Shown here piece by piece: positions 1 through 8,600 of a stretch of DNA of 16,110 nt. Origin of the DNA: Verrucomicrobiota bacterium (GTDB taxonomy: Bacteria > Verrucomicrobiota > Verrucomicrobiia > Limisphaerales > CANJXF01); assembly GCA_038214755.1 (NCBI GenBank), contig JBBQRQ010000112.1:1-16110 (forward strand), written 5' to 3'. Both the position numbers and the translations under genes were made by a program. Every line of letters begins with the position of its first letter. Position 1 is the first letter of the stretch. A model generated the notes under the pieces. That model made no database searches. It saw only the letters and a program-made list of their open reading frames with translations, and was not told the DNA's origin.

Positions 1-74
1 GAGAGGGAGAATATTATTCAGCGCTGGAAAATATTCACCGTTTAATGCCTGATGGCGGACCCTGCTGGCAGGTT

Positions 75-107
75 CCCTCTCCTCGGGGGAGAGGGTTAGG
101 GTGAGGG
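75..107 (-). repeat. CCCTCACCC-type palindromic extragenic repeat (REP/REPIN-like arm)
   Basis: Hairpin CCCTCTCC(75-82)-TCGGG-GGAGAGGG(88-95) followed by TTAGGGTGAGGG. The reverse complement reads CCCTCACCCTAACCCTCTCC..GGAGAGGG, a widespread intergenic repeat. GAGAGGG at 1-7 is probably the end of the partner arm, cut by the window edge. Confidence 0.75.
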
Positions 108-141
108 CGAGCAATCTGTCCAACTGAATCGTTCCGGCTAA

Positions 142-206
142 GCGGGCATCCCGCCCGCGAAACCCGGGGCTGGAAGCCCCGATGGCAGACAAGATGTCCG
201 CCCCAC
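142..206 (-). repeat. Cluster of three short REP-like hairpins ending in a GTGG tetranucleotide
   Basis: GCGGGC-ATCCC-GCCCGC (142-158), CGGGGC-TGGAA-GCCCCG (165-181), GGCAGAC-AAGAT-GTCCGCC (184-202), then CCAC. All have 5-nt loops. The minus strand reads GTGGGGCGGACATCTTGTCTGCC. Confidence 0.65.
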
Positions 207-299
207 TACTTTGGTGGTAGGGCCAACATGCGCTTTTTCATTTGTTCAAAAAAGTTTTCCCTCGCTGGAATCTTTTTTTCATGTAGTGATTTGCGACGT

Positions 300-1697
300 A
301 TGAAAACTAATTTCCTCGCTTGTCTGGTCGCCGCACTTTTGGTCGTTGCCGGTGTTCACGGTGCAGAGCCGAATTCTTGGCGGGGCAAAACCAATGTTCT
401 CTTCATCATGTCCGACGACTTGACCTGCATGTTGGGTTGTTACGGCGAGAAACAAATGAAAACGCCGAACATCGACAAGCTGGCCAAACGCGGCGTGCTG
501 TTCGAGCGCGCCTATTGCCAATATCCCCTCTGCAATCCAAGCCGCGCTTCGTTGATGACGGGCCGCCGTCCCGACACGACGAAGGTCGTCAATAACAGTT
601 TATTTTTCCGAAAAACTTTGCCGGATGTCGTCACGTTGCCCGAGCTGTTTAAAAATAATGGTTACTACTCAGCGCGCGTCGGAAAAATTTATCACTACGG
701 CGTGCCCGGCCAAATCGGGACGAGCGGCATGGACGACCCGCAATCGTGGAATGAATTCATCAACCCGCGCGGGCACGATAAGGATGTCGAGAAACAAGTG
801 ATCAACTACATGCCGAACAACGGAAATCTCGGCGCGGCGCTGGCCTGGCTCGACGACGAAGCTAACGACGAAGACGAAACCGACGGGAAAGTCGCGACCG
901 ATGCGATTCATCTTTTGGAACAACACCAAGACAAACCATTTTTCATCGCGGCAGGATTTTATCGTCCGCACGTTCCGGAAATTTCACCGAAAAAATATTA
1001 CGAGTGGTATCCATTTGAAAAAATTTCGTTGCCCAAAGAACCGCCGGAGCACATGGCCGCGATCCCGCCGATGGCCTTTCACGTGAAGCCGCCGAACTAC
1101 GATTTGTCCGAGGAGAAATTGCGCCGGTTCAAACGCGGTTATCTGGCGAGCGTGAGTTTCATGGATGCGCAAGTCGGGCGATTGCTCGACGCGCTGGACC
1201 GATTGAAACTGGCCGACAACACCATCGTTGTTTTCGTGAGCGATCACGGCTGGATGCTTGGTCAACACGGACAATGGCAGAAGCAATCACTCTTCGAGGA
1301 GTCGGCGCGTGTCCCGATGATTATTTATGTGCCGCATGAAAAATCGAACGGCCGAAAGTCGTCGTGCGTGGTAGAGATGATCGACATTTATCCGACGATC
1401 GCCGAACTGTGCGGCTTGAGTGCGCCGGCGGGATTTGAAGGAAAAAGTTTGGCGCCACTTTTAAAAAACCCCAAAGCGAGTTGGAGCAAACCGGCGTTCA
1501 CGCAAGTCACGACCGGCGAGCGCAATGGCCGGAGCGTCCGCACCGAGCGTTGGCGTTATACCGAATGGGACGACGGGAAAGCCGGCGTGCAACTTTACGA
1601 TCACGACAGCGACCCGCATGAATTGAAAAATCTGGCAAAAGATCCCCGCTACGCCAAGACAGTGGGAGAAATGAAATCGCTTTTGAAAAAATCGTAG
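300..1697 (+). CDS. Secreted formylglycine-dependent (Cys-type, S1) sulfatase, iduronate-2-sulfatase/choline-sulfatase-like
   Basis: Motifs NVLFIMSDD, CNPSRASLMTGR (CxPxR signature), GKIYH, RPHVP, SDHG and K-x-SLFEESARVP. ATG at 300 is preferred over 228 because it gives a clean signal peptide (MKTNFLACLVAALLVVAGVHG-A). Confidence 0.93.
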   Translation: MKTNFLACLVAALLVVAGVHGAEPNSWRGKTNVLFIMSDDLTCMLGCYGEKQMKTPNIDKLAKRGVLFERAYCQYPLCNPSRASLMTGRRPDTTKVVNNSLFFRKTLPDVVTLPELFKNNGYYSARVGKIYHYGVPGQIGTSGMDDPQSWNEFINPRGHDKDVEKQVINYMPNNGNLGAALAWLDDEANDEDETDGKVATDAIHLLEQHQDKPFFIAAGFYRPHVPEISPKKYYEWYPFEKISLPKEPPEHMAAIPPMAFHVKPPNYDLSEEKLRRFKRGYLASVSFMDAQVGRLLDALDRLKLADNTIVVFVSDHGWMLGQHGQWQKQSLFEESARVPMIIYVPHEKSNGRKSSCVVEMIDIYPTIAELCGLSAPAGFEGKSLAPLLKNPKASWSKPAFTQVTTGERNGRSVRTERWRYTEWDDGKAGVQLYDHDSDPHELKNLAKDPRYAKTVGEMKSLLKKS

Positions 1698-1707
1698 CGC
1701 GAAAATT

Positions 1708-1754
1708 GTAGCGCAGATTTCCAATCTGCTGTGTCGCAGCGCTTCCAGCCTGCA
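1708..1754 (+). repeat. GTAG-type REP (double-hairpin arm), partner arm decayed
   Basis: GTAGC-GCAGAT-TTCCA-ATCTGC-TGTGTC-GCAGCGCTTCCAGCCTGC. Near-identical to the reverse complement of 10073-10118. Confidence 0.85.
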
Positions 1755-1845
1755 TCGCGTGGAATAGTGTGGAACTGGAATGGTTGCGCGCTGCCGGTTA
1801 GAGAATTGCAGGTATAAATATTGGTCACCAGATTGGGTTAATCAG

Positions 1846-2406
1846 ATGAGAGCAGATTCCATTTATAAATTCGGTTTTGTTTTTCTGCTGTTGCTGACGG
1901 GGAGCCACACGGCGAAGGGAAAAGAAAAACTCCTCGGCGCCAGGCCGACCGAGTGGAACGTCACGAACTGGTTCAACTCGTCTCCGCTCGAACTAAAAAA
2001 TCTACGCGGCAAGGTGGTTCTGGTTCGTTGGTGGACGGCGCCGGATTGCCCTTATTGCCGCGCGACCGCTCCCGCGCTTAATGAATTTCACGAGAAATAT
2101 TCCGCGCGCGGTTTACAGGTCATTGGCTTTTACCATCACAAATCCGACGAGCCTTTGCGGCTGGAGGATGTCAAAGGCTATGCAAAAACTTTTGGCTTTA
2201 AATTTCCAGTAGCAATTGATGCCGATTGGAAAACGCTTCATCGCTGGTGGCTCGATCAGGGCAAGGAAAAGGGGACCAGCGTCAGTTTCCTGCTCGACCG
2301 GCAGGGAGTCATTCGGCACATCCATCCTGGCGGTCAATATGTCAAAGGGGACAAAGACTACGTCACATTGAAAGCGAAGATCGAAGAGTTGCTCTCGGAG
2401 AAATAA
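1846..2406 (+). CDS. Exported TlpA-like thioredoxin-fold disulfide oxidoreductase (redoxin/AhpC-TSA family)
   Basis: LRGKVVLVRWWTAPDCPYC (CxxC), GLQVIG, FPVAID and SFLLDRQGVIR. ATG at 1846 gives an N-terminal hydrophobic signal. The usual cis-Pro position appears to read GTS instead. Confidence 0.85.
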   Translation: MRADSIYKFGFVFLLLLTGSHTAKGKEKLLGARPTEWNVTNWFNSSPLELKNLRGKVVLVRWWTAPDCPYCRATAPALNEFHEKYSARGLQVIGFYHHKSDEPLRLEDVKGYAKTFGFKFPVAIDADWKTLHRWWLDQGKEKGTSVSFLLDRQGVIRHIHPGGQYVKGDKDYVTLKAKIEELLSEK

Positions 2407-2533
2407 TCTGTAGTTAACCTTGCCGCGACACAGGAAGTTTTTCTAAACAATGGACATGATAAATAATTTCCAACTGAGATTGTTTTGGTTTTCTCGATTT
2501 TCTTGGGGTGCAATATCGGAGACGACCGTTGTC

Positions 2534-2656
2534 TTACCGCAAAGGACGCAAAGGTTTTTGCAGAGGAGCGCAGAGTGAACCTTCCTGCGGAATTTTTTTC
2601 TCTTGAGTGCTTCCCTTTGCGCCCTCTGCGTGAACCTTGGCGCCCTCTGCGTTTAA
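2534..2656. repeat. Long imperfect inverted repeat built from CGCA(A/G)AG units
   Basis: Left arm TTACCGCAAAGGACGCAAAGGTTTTTGCAGAGGAGCGCAGAG (2534-2575) pairs with right arm CTTTGCGCCCTCTGCGTGAACCTTGGCGCCCTCTGCGTTTAA (2615-2656). Confidence 0.8.
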
Positions 2657-2689
2657 TCCCGGCAAATCACTCGAAACAGATCAAAGCCT

Positions 2690-3664
2690 ATGACTCACAA
2701 GAAACGTCGAAGAAACTTATTTTTTTCAGTTTTGATTTGTTCTTTTGTTTTTATCTCCTCGGCTGCGCCTCTTCCTCAAGAACAACCTTCGGACATAGAG
2801 ATCGATGCCGTTGAAGTGATTCGCTCCGCCAATGAGTTCTTGCGGGAGAACGTGGACGAGTCGGTGTGGGACGCGCTCGGCGTGGACGGGGAACGCGTGC
2901 AGAAGTTTTTTTCCCAACTGGAGCGGCAATTTCAATCCACTTATGTTTATGACCTCGGCGCGCTGCAAGAAACCGCCAGGGAAATTCTCCCGGTCTTGCA
3001 GCAATTTGAAGAGACCCAGCCTTACGCCGCCTGGTTGCAATCGCGTCTTGATTACTTTGAGGTCGCCGAAAAATTGCGCGGGCAAATTGGTCCAAAAACT
3101 ATTGCGCCGTCGCCTCCGCCTTCGCCCAAAGCGGAACGCAAAGTTTGGGTCGAGGCCGTCGAACGACGACCGACTCCGCCGCTGGCTTTCAAACAAATCG
3201 CGCAATTGAAAACAATTTTTCTGGCCGAACGGGTGCCGCCGGAATTGGTCTGGCTGGCAGAAGTGGAATCGTCGTTTGACTCCCGCGCGCGCAGTCCCGC
3301 TGGCGCAGTGGGTCTCTTTCAGCTTATGCCGGTGACGGCACGGAGCCACGATCTTTCGGTCGGTTTGTTTCGCGATGAACGTTTGCAGCCGGAAAAAAAT
3401 GCGCGAGCCGCCGCGGAATACCTTCGAGAACTTCACCATCGCTTCGGCGATTGGCGTCTGGCGCTGGCCGCTTACAACGCCGGAGAAACGCGCGTCGCCA
3501 ATTTGTTGAAGAACCAAAAAACACGCACCTTCGACGCGATTGCCCACCGCTTGCCCGCTGAGACGCAAATGTATGTTCCTAAGATTGAGGCCACGATTCG
3601 CAAACGAGAAGGTCGCTCGCTGACGGATTTGAAACTTCCAACTTTAATCCGAAAACCCGACTGA
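2690..3664 (+). CDS. Lytic transglycosylase (SLT/GH23, MltD-like catalytic domain) with signal peptide, no LysM
   Basis: VESSF (catalytic Glu), SPAGAVGLFQLMP, ALAAYNAG and ETQMYVPK. Basic plus hydrophobic N-terminus and a Pro-rich linker before the catalytic domain. Confidence 0.92.
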   Translation: MTHKKRRRNLFFSVLICSFVFISSAAPLPQEQPSDIEIDAVEVIRSANEFLRENVDESVWDALGVDGERVQKFFSQLERQFQSTYVYDLGALQETAREILPVLQQFEETQPYAAWLQSRLDYFEVAEKLRGQIGPKTIAPSPPPSPKAERKVWVEAVERRPTPPLAFKQIAQLKTIFLAERVPPELVWLAEVESSFDSRARSPAGAVGLFQLMPVTARSHDLSVGLFRDERLQPEKNARAAAEYLRELHHRFGDWRLALAAYNAGETRVANLLKNQKTRTFDAIAHRLPAETQMYVPKIEATIRKREGRSLTDLKLPTLIRKPD

Positions 3665-3669
3665 CTCCG

Positions 3670-3787
3670 ACAGAAGGAAACGAAGAGAAGAAAAGAACGA
3701 TTGCCGATCGCTCCGACAGGACGGACTGATGCAACGCCGGGACTATGGCAAGCGCTTCTACCTTTGTTTTCGTTTTTGGCTTCGTGC
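3670..3787. repeat. Degenerate purine-arm/pyrimidine-arm inverted repeat between convergent genes
   Basis: ACAGAAGGAAACGAAGAGAAGAAAAG at ~3670-3695 loosely pairs with CTTTGTTTTCGTTTTTGGCTTCGTG at ~3762-3786. Confidence 0.35.
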
Positions 3788-3817
3788 AATGAATTTTAGC
3801 CAGCGAACGCCGGAAAT

Positions 3818-4591
3818 TTACTTTGTCGGAGAATAATCCGTCGGCGCGAGAAAAAGCGATTTCACTCCGTCCTTGATCGTGAGCGAACCATTTCTTTCGC
3901 TCGCTTCTTTTGCGGCGACCCAATCCGGGTCTTTGCGAAATTCATCGAAGGAAGTTTTTGCGGCGTCCTGCGATTTGTGCGCGAGAAAATAAATCAGCGT
4001 GGTGTCGGCTGCGGGTTGATCGGGCATTTTGTGGAAGTAGGCCCAGTTCTTCATTCCGTGTTTTTTGAAAAGCGCGATGGTGTGCTCGCGAAAACGGGCG
4101 TCCAGCTTTGGCAGCGAACCGGCGGGTGTGGTGTAGGTGCGAAGTTCAAAAACTCCGCCGTTGGAAATGTTTCCCGTCTTGACCGCTGGCGAAAAATCCG
4201 TTCGTTGCAGAAAAATTTGTTCGACCTTCGCCACGATTTTTCCATTGGCCTCGGTCGTTTTGACGACGGCCTTCCAATCGGGATCCGCCATGAACGCTTT
4301 CCACGAAGCGTCGCGGGCCGGGCGATTTGGATAGGCGAGAAGATAGACCAGCGTGTTGTTGGTGTTATTGGCCGGGACCCAGTAGGCAATGTTTTGCATG
4401 CCATGCTTCTGAAACAAATTCATGGTGTGGTCGCGAAAGCGCGCATGAAGCTCGTCGAGTTTTCCGGGCGGCGCGAAATAGGTGCGCATTTCATAGCAAC
4501 GCGTGTCAGCAGTCATATCAGGCTCGGCCGCGCGACCAGAAAAACTGACGGCGGCCAACGCGATCGATCCGAAAACAAAGAATTGATTCAT
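3818..4591 (-). CDS. NIPSNAP family protein, two tandem domains, with signal peptide
   Basis: Internal duplication: YEMRTY..PGKLDELHARFRDHT..LFQKHGM..LVYLLAY..F.ADPDW versus FELRTY..GSLPKLDARFREHT..LFKKHGM..LIYFLAH..F.KDPDW. The halves end in TDFSP and TDYSP. Confidence 0.9.
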   Translation of the reverse strand: MNQFFVFGSIALAAVSFSGRAAEPDMTADTRCYEMRTYFAPPGKLDELHARFRDHTMNLFQKHGMQNIAYWVPANNTNNTLVYLLAYPNRPARDASWKAFMADPDWKAVVKTTEANGKIVAKVEQIFLQRTDFSPAVKTGNISNGGVFELRTYTTPAGSLPKLDARFREHTIALFKKHGMKNWAYFHKMPDQPAADTTLIYFLAHKSQDAAKTSFDEFRKDPDWVAAKEASERNGSLTIKDGVKSLFLAPTDYSPTK

Positions 4592-4677
4592 GCCATCATC
4601 TTGCCCTCAAAAGCCGGTGGGCTGTCAATGAAATCTCCCGCGATTGCCAAAAAAAAAGCGGGTTTAACCTTGCGACC

Positions 4678-4723
4678 GTAGCGCAGGTTTCCCACCTGTG
4701 GTATCGCCGGTTTCCAACCCGGC
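4678..4723 (+). repeat. GTAG-type REP (single double-hairpin arm)
   Basis: GTAGC-GCAGGT-TTCCC-ACCTGT-GGTATC-GCCGGT-TTCCA-ACCCGGC. Same layout as the copies at 1708, 9993 and 15952. Confidence 0.8.
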
Positions 4724-4854
4724 CGATGGTGAACAATTGAATCGTGGTCATACGGCGGACGGAATTTCGCTCTCAGCTGCTTCGGCATAGGCAATTTTTT
4801 CCCTTTAAACATCCCAGTCTGCCGAATGGAAAAGGCCATGCGCCTCTCCTATCA

Positions 4855-5640
4855 TTACGGAAAGCTGGTTGCCTGCGCCCATCGGATATCGGTAAACGGC
4901 GAAGGTTCCGGCGCATTGATGGCGACTCCGAAGGGAGCATCGGGCAACCCTACTCCTAGCACTCCATTCAGAACCCAGTGATGAAGGACAGCATGACCAT
5001 CCGCATAAGATAAGACGCCGCCATGATTATGATGGCTGGCCGGAAGGTTCTGCCACGTATTGTTCGGCGCTGGGTTCAAACCGAAGGCGCCATTGTCGAT
5101 GCTGCGGGAATCCTCGTCCCAGAAAACCGATTTCTGCACCGGCCCCGGATTTTTTATCTGCGAGGACTTTTTGATAAACCGGGGATTGCCCGCGACATTC
5201 CCCCCCAAAACGTAGTCAATGGCATAGCTGCGATTACGAGGCTGTCCGTTGTTTCCCATAACCGGATAGGTGAGGGAAGTGTCGGCAGGACAATGATAGA
5301 TTTTTACCGAACGGTTGTAGGGAAAAAGGATTCCGTTTTCAATATTGACGGTCGTTAAATCTGTCTTGGGATTTCCTATCACCCAGGAATTGGTCAAGCT
5401 TGCGGTGGGCACGGCTTCGTTCGGTGGAAGGGTATCATTGTTGTCACCCAGATACATCTGATAGCAAATCTGTAGTTGCTTCAGGTTGCTCATGCTGGAA
5501 ATGCCGAGACCCTTTTGCTTGGCCTTGGATAACGCGGGCAAGAGCAACCCGGCGAGGATGGCTATGATGGCTATTACCACCAACAACTCGATCAAGGTAA
5601 ACCCATAGGTACTTCGATATCGAATAGATCGTAACTTCAT
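4855..5640 (-). CDS. Prepilin-type N-terminal cleavage/methylation protein with H-X9-DG domain (DUF1559-like)
   Basis: [37 protein letters not shown] (class III signal, Glu5), SNLKQL, YHCPAD and C-terminal H-NHGGVLSYA-DGH. ATG at 5640 avoids the overlap with the upstream gene (stop ends at 5660) and follows GAGAG. Confidence 0.92.
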   Translation of the reverse strand: MKLRSIRYRSTYGFTLIELLVVIAIIAILAGLLLPALSKAKQKGLGISSMSNLKQLQICYQMYLGDNNDTLPPNEAVPTASLTNSWVIGNPKTDLTTVNIENGILFPYNRSVKIYHCPADTSLTYPVMGNNGQPRNRSYAIDYVLGGNVAGNPRFIKKSSQIKNPGPVQKSVFWDEDSRSIDNGAFGLNPAPNNTWQNLPASHHNHGGVLSYADGHAVLHHWVLNGVLGVGLPDAPFGVAINAPEPSPFTDIRWAQATSFP

Positions 5641-5659
5641 AACGGACTCTCGCGATGAA

Positions 5660-8600
5660 TCATTGTTGATGCAACCGATAGAAACCATTGCCAGTTGCGG
5701 CGTTGATCGTGGCACTGTTCGTACCGTTCACGCTCGTCACGGTATTGGTCGCCGTAGTCCAGGAGGCGCCTAAGGCAGATGTCGTTTCCAAAACGAAGTT
5801 CACGTTCGGTGTCGGCCATGACAGGACAACATTGTTTCCAGAACGGGAAATAGAAATCACTGGGGTGGGTCCGAGAAGGACTCCGTATTTTGCGGCCAGA
5901 TAAGAATCCAGCGCGGTGCGATCCGCGTCAGAGAGGGCGGACGCAAACAATAAAATTTCCTGCATGTTGCCATTCATCTTCGGGCGCAAATCAAAGCGCG
6001 TGCCGATGCCCAAAGGATTGCCCGTATCTCCAATTGGCGCGGTCAAAGTTCCCACGGCATTGATCTGACTATCCAAATACTGGACGGCATTCTGTCCGCT
6101 CATTTTTACAGTGAGAAGATGAGTTGTTCCAAGAGAAGGAGCGTTGGAGCCGGTGAGGAAAGAACTGCTTGTCCCATCTCCACGGAAGAAGCGGGGTAAT
6201 CCACTATTTTTCAAAAGATAAAAATCATAGGAGGCAGGTTGGTTACCGATTGTGCCTCCTGATTTTCCCAGCAAGCTGATTTCGTTGGTTTGAGAAATGA
6301 AATCCTTGATTTGCGCTGCGACGTAGATGGTGAGGTCTCCGGTCAGCGCAACACCAGGAGAATTATTGACGACAAGGTATTGGTTGGTTCCATTGAAGTT
6401 GAGCGCCGGTTGGCCGCCCGGCGCGCTGGCCACAAACAACGGCGCGCTATCCCCGAAAGCGGAAGCCGTGTTGTTATTGCCCGATTGGTCGGCCCATGCG
6501 CTCACCAGATTTTGCGCATCAGCTGTGACACCCGTATCCGCTTTCAACCAAAGCGCCAGCGAAGGTGGATAGACCCCGCTGATGACGGTTGTTTGAACCA
6601 TCGTGTTGTTAAACAAGTCCTTCACATTTTGCACGGTCAACGAATAGGTCGTGGCGGGGTTCAAGCCCGATACGGTGAGGATGACCTGGTTAGGAGTATC
6701 GCCTATGGTTGCAGAGGTGATCGTCGCGCCGTTGTCCAGAGCATAGTTGGAAAGGTTCGTCGCGGTGGAAGGAGAAACTGCTTCCGAAAAAACCACCACA
6801 ATCTGGTTGGTGCTCCAGACCCTTTTCCCAACGGATATAACGGTCGGGAGTTCACTGTCCGGCGATACGGTGAGAGTAGCCGAATCACTGATGACCGGTG
6901 AACTGTTCAATGGGGTAATGATGACGCGATAGGTTGAACCGCTGTCAGCCTGCGTGAGAATTGGTGTAGTGTAGGAAGCGTTGGTTGCGCCGGGGATATC
7001 CACGGTGCCCCTTTGCCATTGATAACTAAACGCTGCGGGTCCGGCCGAAGCCAACACCGTGAAGGTCGCAATCTGTCCTTCCAACCTGGTGATGTTCGTT
7101 GGCTGAGTGATGGTAAGAGGAAAGTATTTAAAACCGAGATAAGAATCAATCGCCTTGCGATCACTGGTAGAGATTGCGGAATTGAAAATCATTACCTCGG
7201 CGATCTCGCCATTCATATAGACATCCAACGCGTCTCTTGAACCAATGCGCAATGGCCGGCCTGCATCAGCCATGTTGGTTGCAAGAATGCCAGTGCCATT
7301 AGCGGCGCCATCCAGAAAATGGCTGACCGAAGTTCCGCTCATCACAACGTTCATCACGTGCGGCACACCAAAGGAAGGTATCGCTGTTTCTAGCACACGC
7401 GCACTGACCGTGCCGTTTCCGCGGTAGAGCGTCCCATTCGCGCCGTTGTGAACGTAGTAGTCATAGGAAGCAGGTTGATTGGCCAATGTTTTGCCAATGA
7501 AATGGGCATAGCCATTCGCGGCCAAAGGAGCAATCCGGGTCACAACGTAAAGAGAAATGTCATTTGGAATCGCCAGAGTAGGAGAAGACGCCGCCTGAAG
7601 ATAATTGCTCAAGCCATTGAAGGTAAGAGCAGGCTTACTGTTAATGGAACTGGCAAGCAACGTAGGTCGAAGCAATGGCCCGGCAAATTGCGAAGCGTTG
7701 TTGGTATTAGAGCTTTGATCGAACCATTGACTGACCAATCCCGATCCATCCGCAATCACACCTGAGTCCGCTCTTAACCACAGCGACATGTTGGATGGAA
7801 AGAGCAACGCGGTAGTTTGAACGATGGTGTTGGTAAACAAGTCCTGCACATTTTGGACCGTCAATAAGTAACTCGTGGTGGCATTCAATCCTGAGGTGGT
7901 GAGCACAACCTGATTGGACGAGCTACCCATCACCGCCGAAGAAATGGTAACTCCGTTATTGAGGGAATAGTTGCTGACATTGGTCGCGGTTGCAGGCGCC
8001 ACTGCTTCGGAATAGGTGACGACGATGTCGGTTGTGCTACCTGCCTTTCTCGTGCCCGAAGAGAGGGCAGGGGATTGCGTGTCGGCAATAACCGTCAGCG
8101 TGGCGGCGGAACTGGCGTTGGTAATCCCCAGCGGAGTTGAGACAATCGCCCGGTAAGCGGCCCCGTTCGCTGCCAGGGTCAAGGCGGGTGTCGTGTAAAC
8201 GGAATTGGTTGCTCCGACAATGTTCACGCTATTGCTCTGCCATTGGTAGTTGATGGTAGGAGAGCCGGCGATAGCGTTCACCCAGAAGGTTGCGGTCTTG
8301 CCTACCTGTGCCGTGGCGTTCTGCGGTTGTTCAGTAATAGCCAGCGCGATGACGGAGATGCCGTACTTTGCGCCGAGATAATTATCGATGGCAATTTTTT
8401 CCGCGCCGGACACCGCGCCGCGCAGTAGCATGACTTCCGCAAGGTTGCCTTGAAATCTGGTGGCCAAGTCCTGCCGAACGCCCAGCCGTATGGGATAGCC
8501 GGTGGAAAAAATTCCAGTGGTCAGAGAAGCCGTCCCGTTAAAATTGCCATTTAAATAGGAACTGGCGTTGGTCCCTTTCATGACAATTGAAACTAAATAA

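Noticed and set aside
121..141. CAACTGAATCGTTCCGGCTAA as the outer end of another TIR-bounded element around the 75-107 repeat
   Set aside because: Any partner end would lie upstream of the window, so it cannot be supported here.
228..299. Longer N-terminus for the sulfatase (likewise 1780 for TlpA and 5715 for the pilin)
   Set aside because: The extensions precede clear signal peptides, and either overlap a decayed repeat or the neighbouring gene or add nothing recognisable. Downstream ATGs fit better.
2485..2814. 109-aa ORF with PLRPLREPWRPLR
   Set aside because: Translation of the inverted repeat at 2534-2656, overlapping the real gene in another frame.
2726..3568. 280-aa minus-strand ORF
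   Set aside because: Antisense shadow of the lytic transglycosylase, with no recognisable motifs.
3977..4681. 234-aa plus-strand ORF
   Set aside because: Antisense shadow of the NIPSNAP gene, ending inside a REP.
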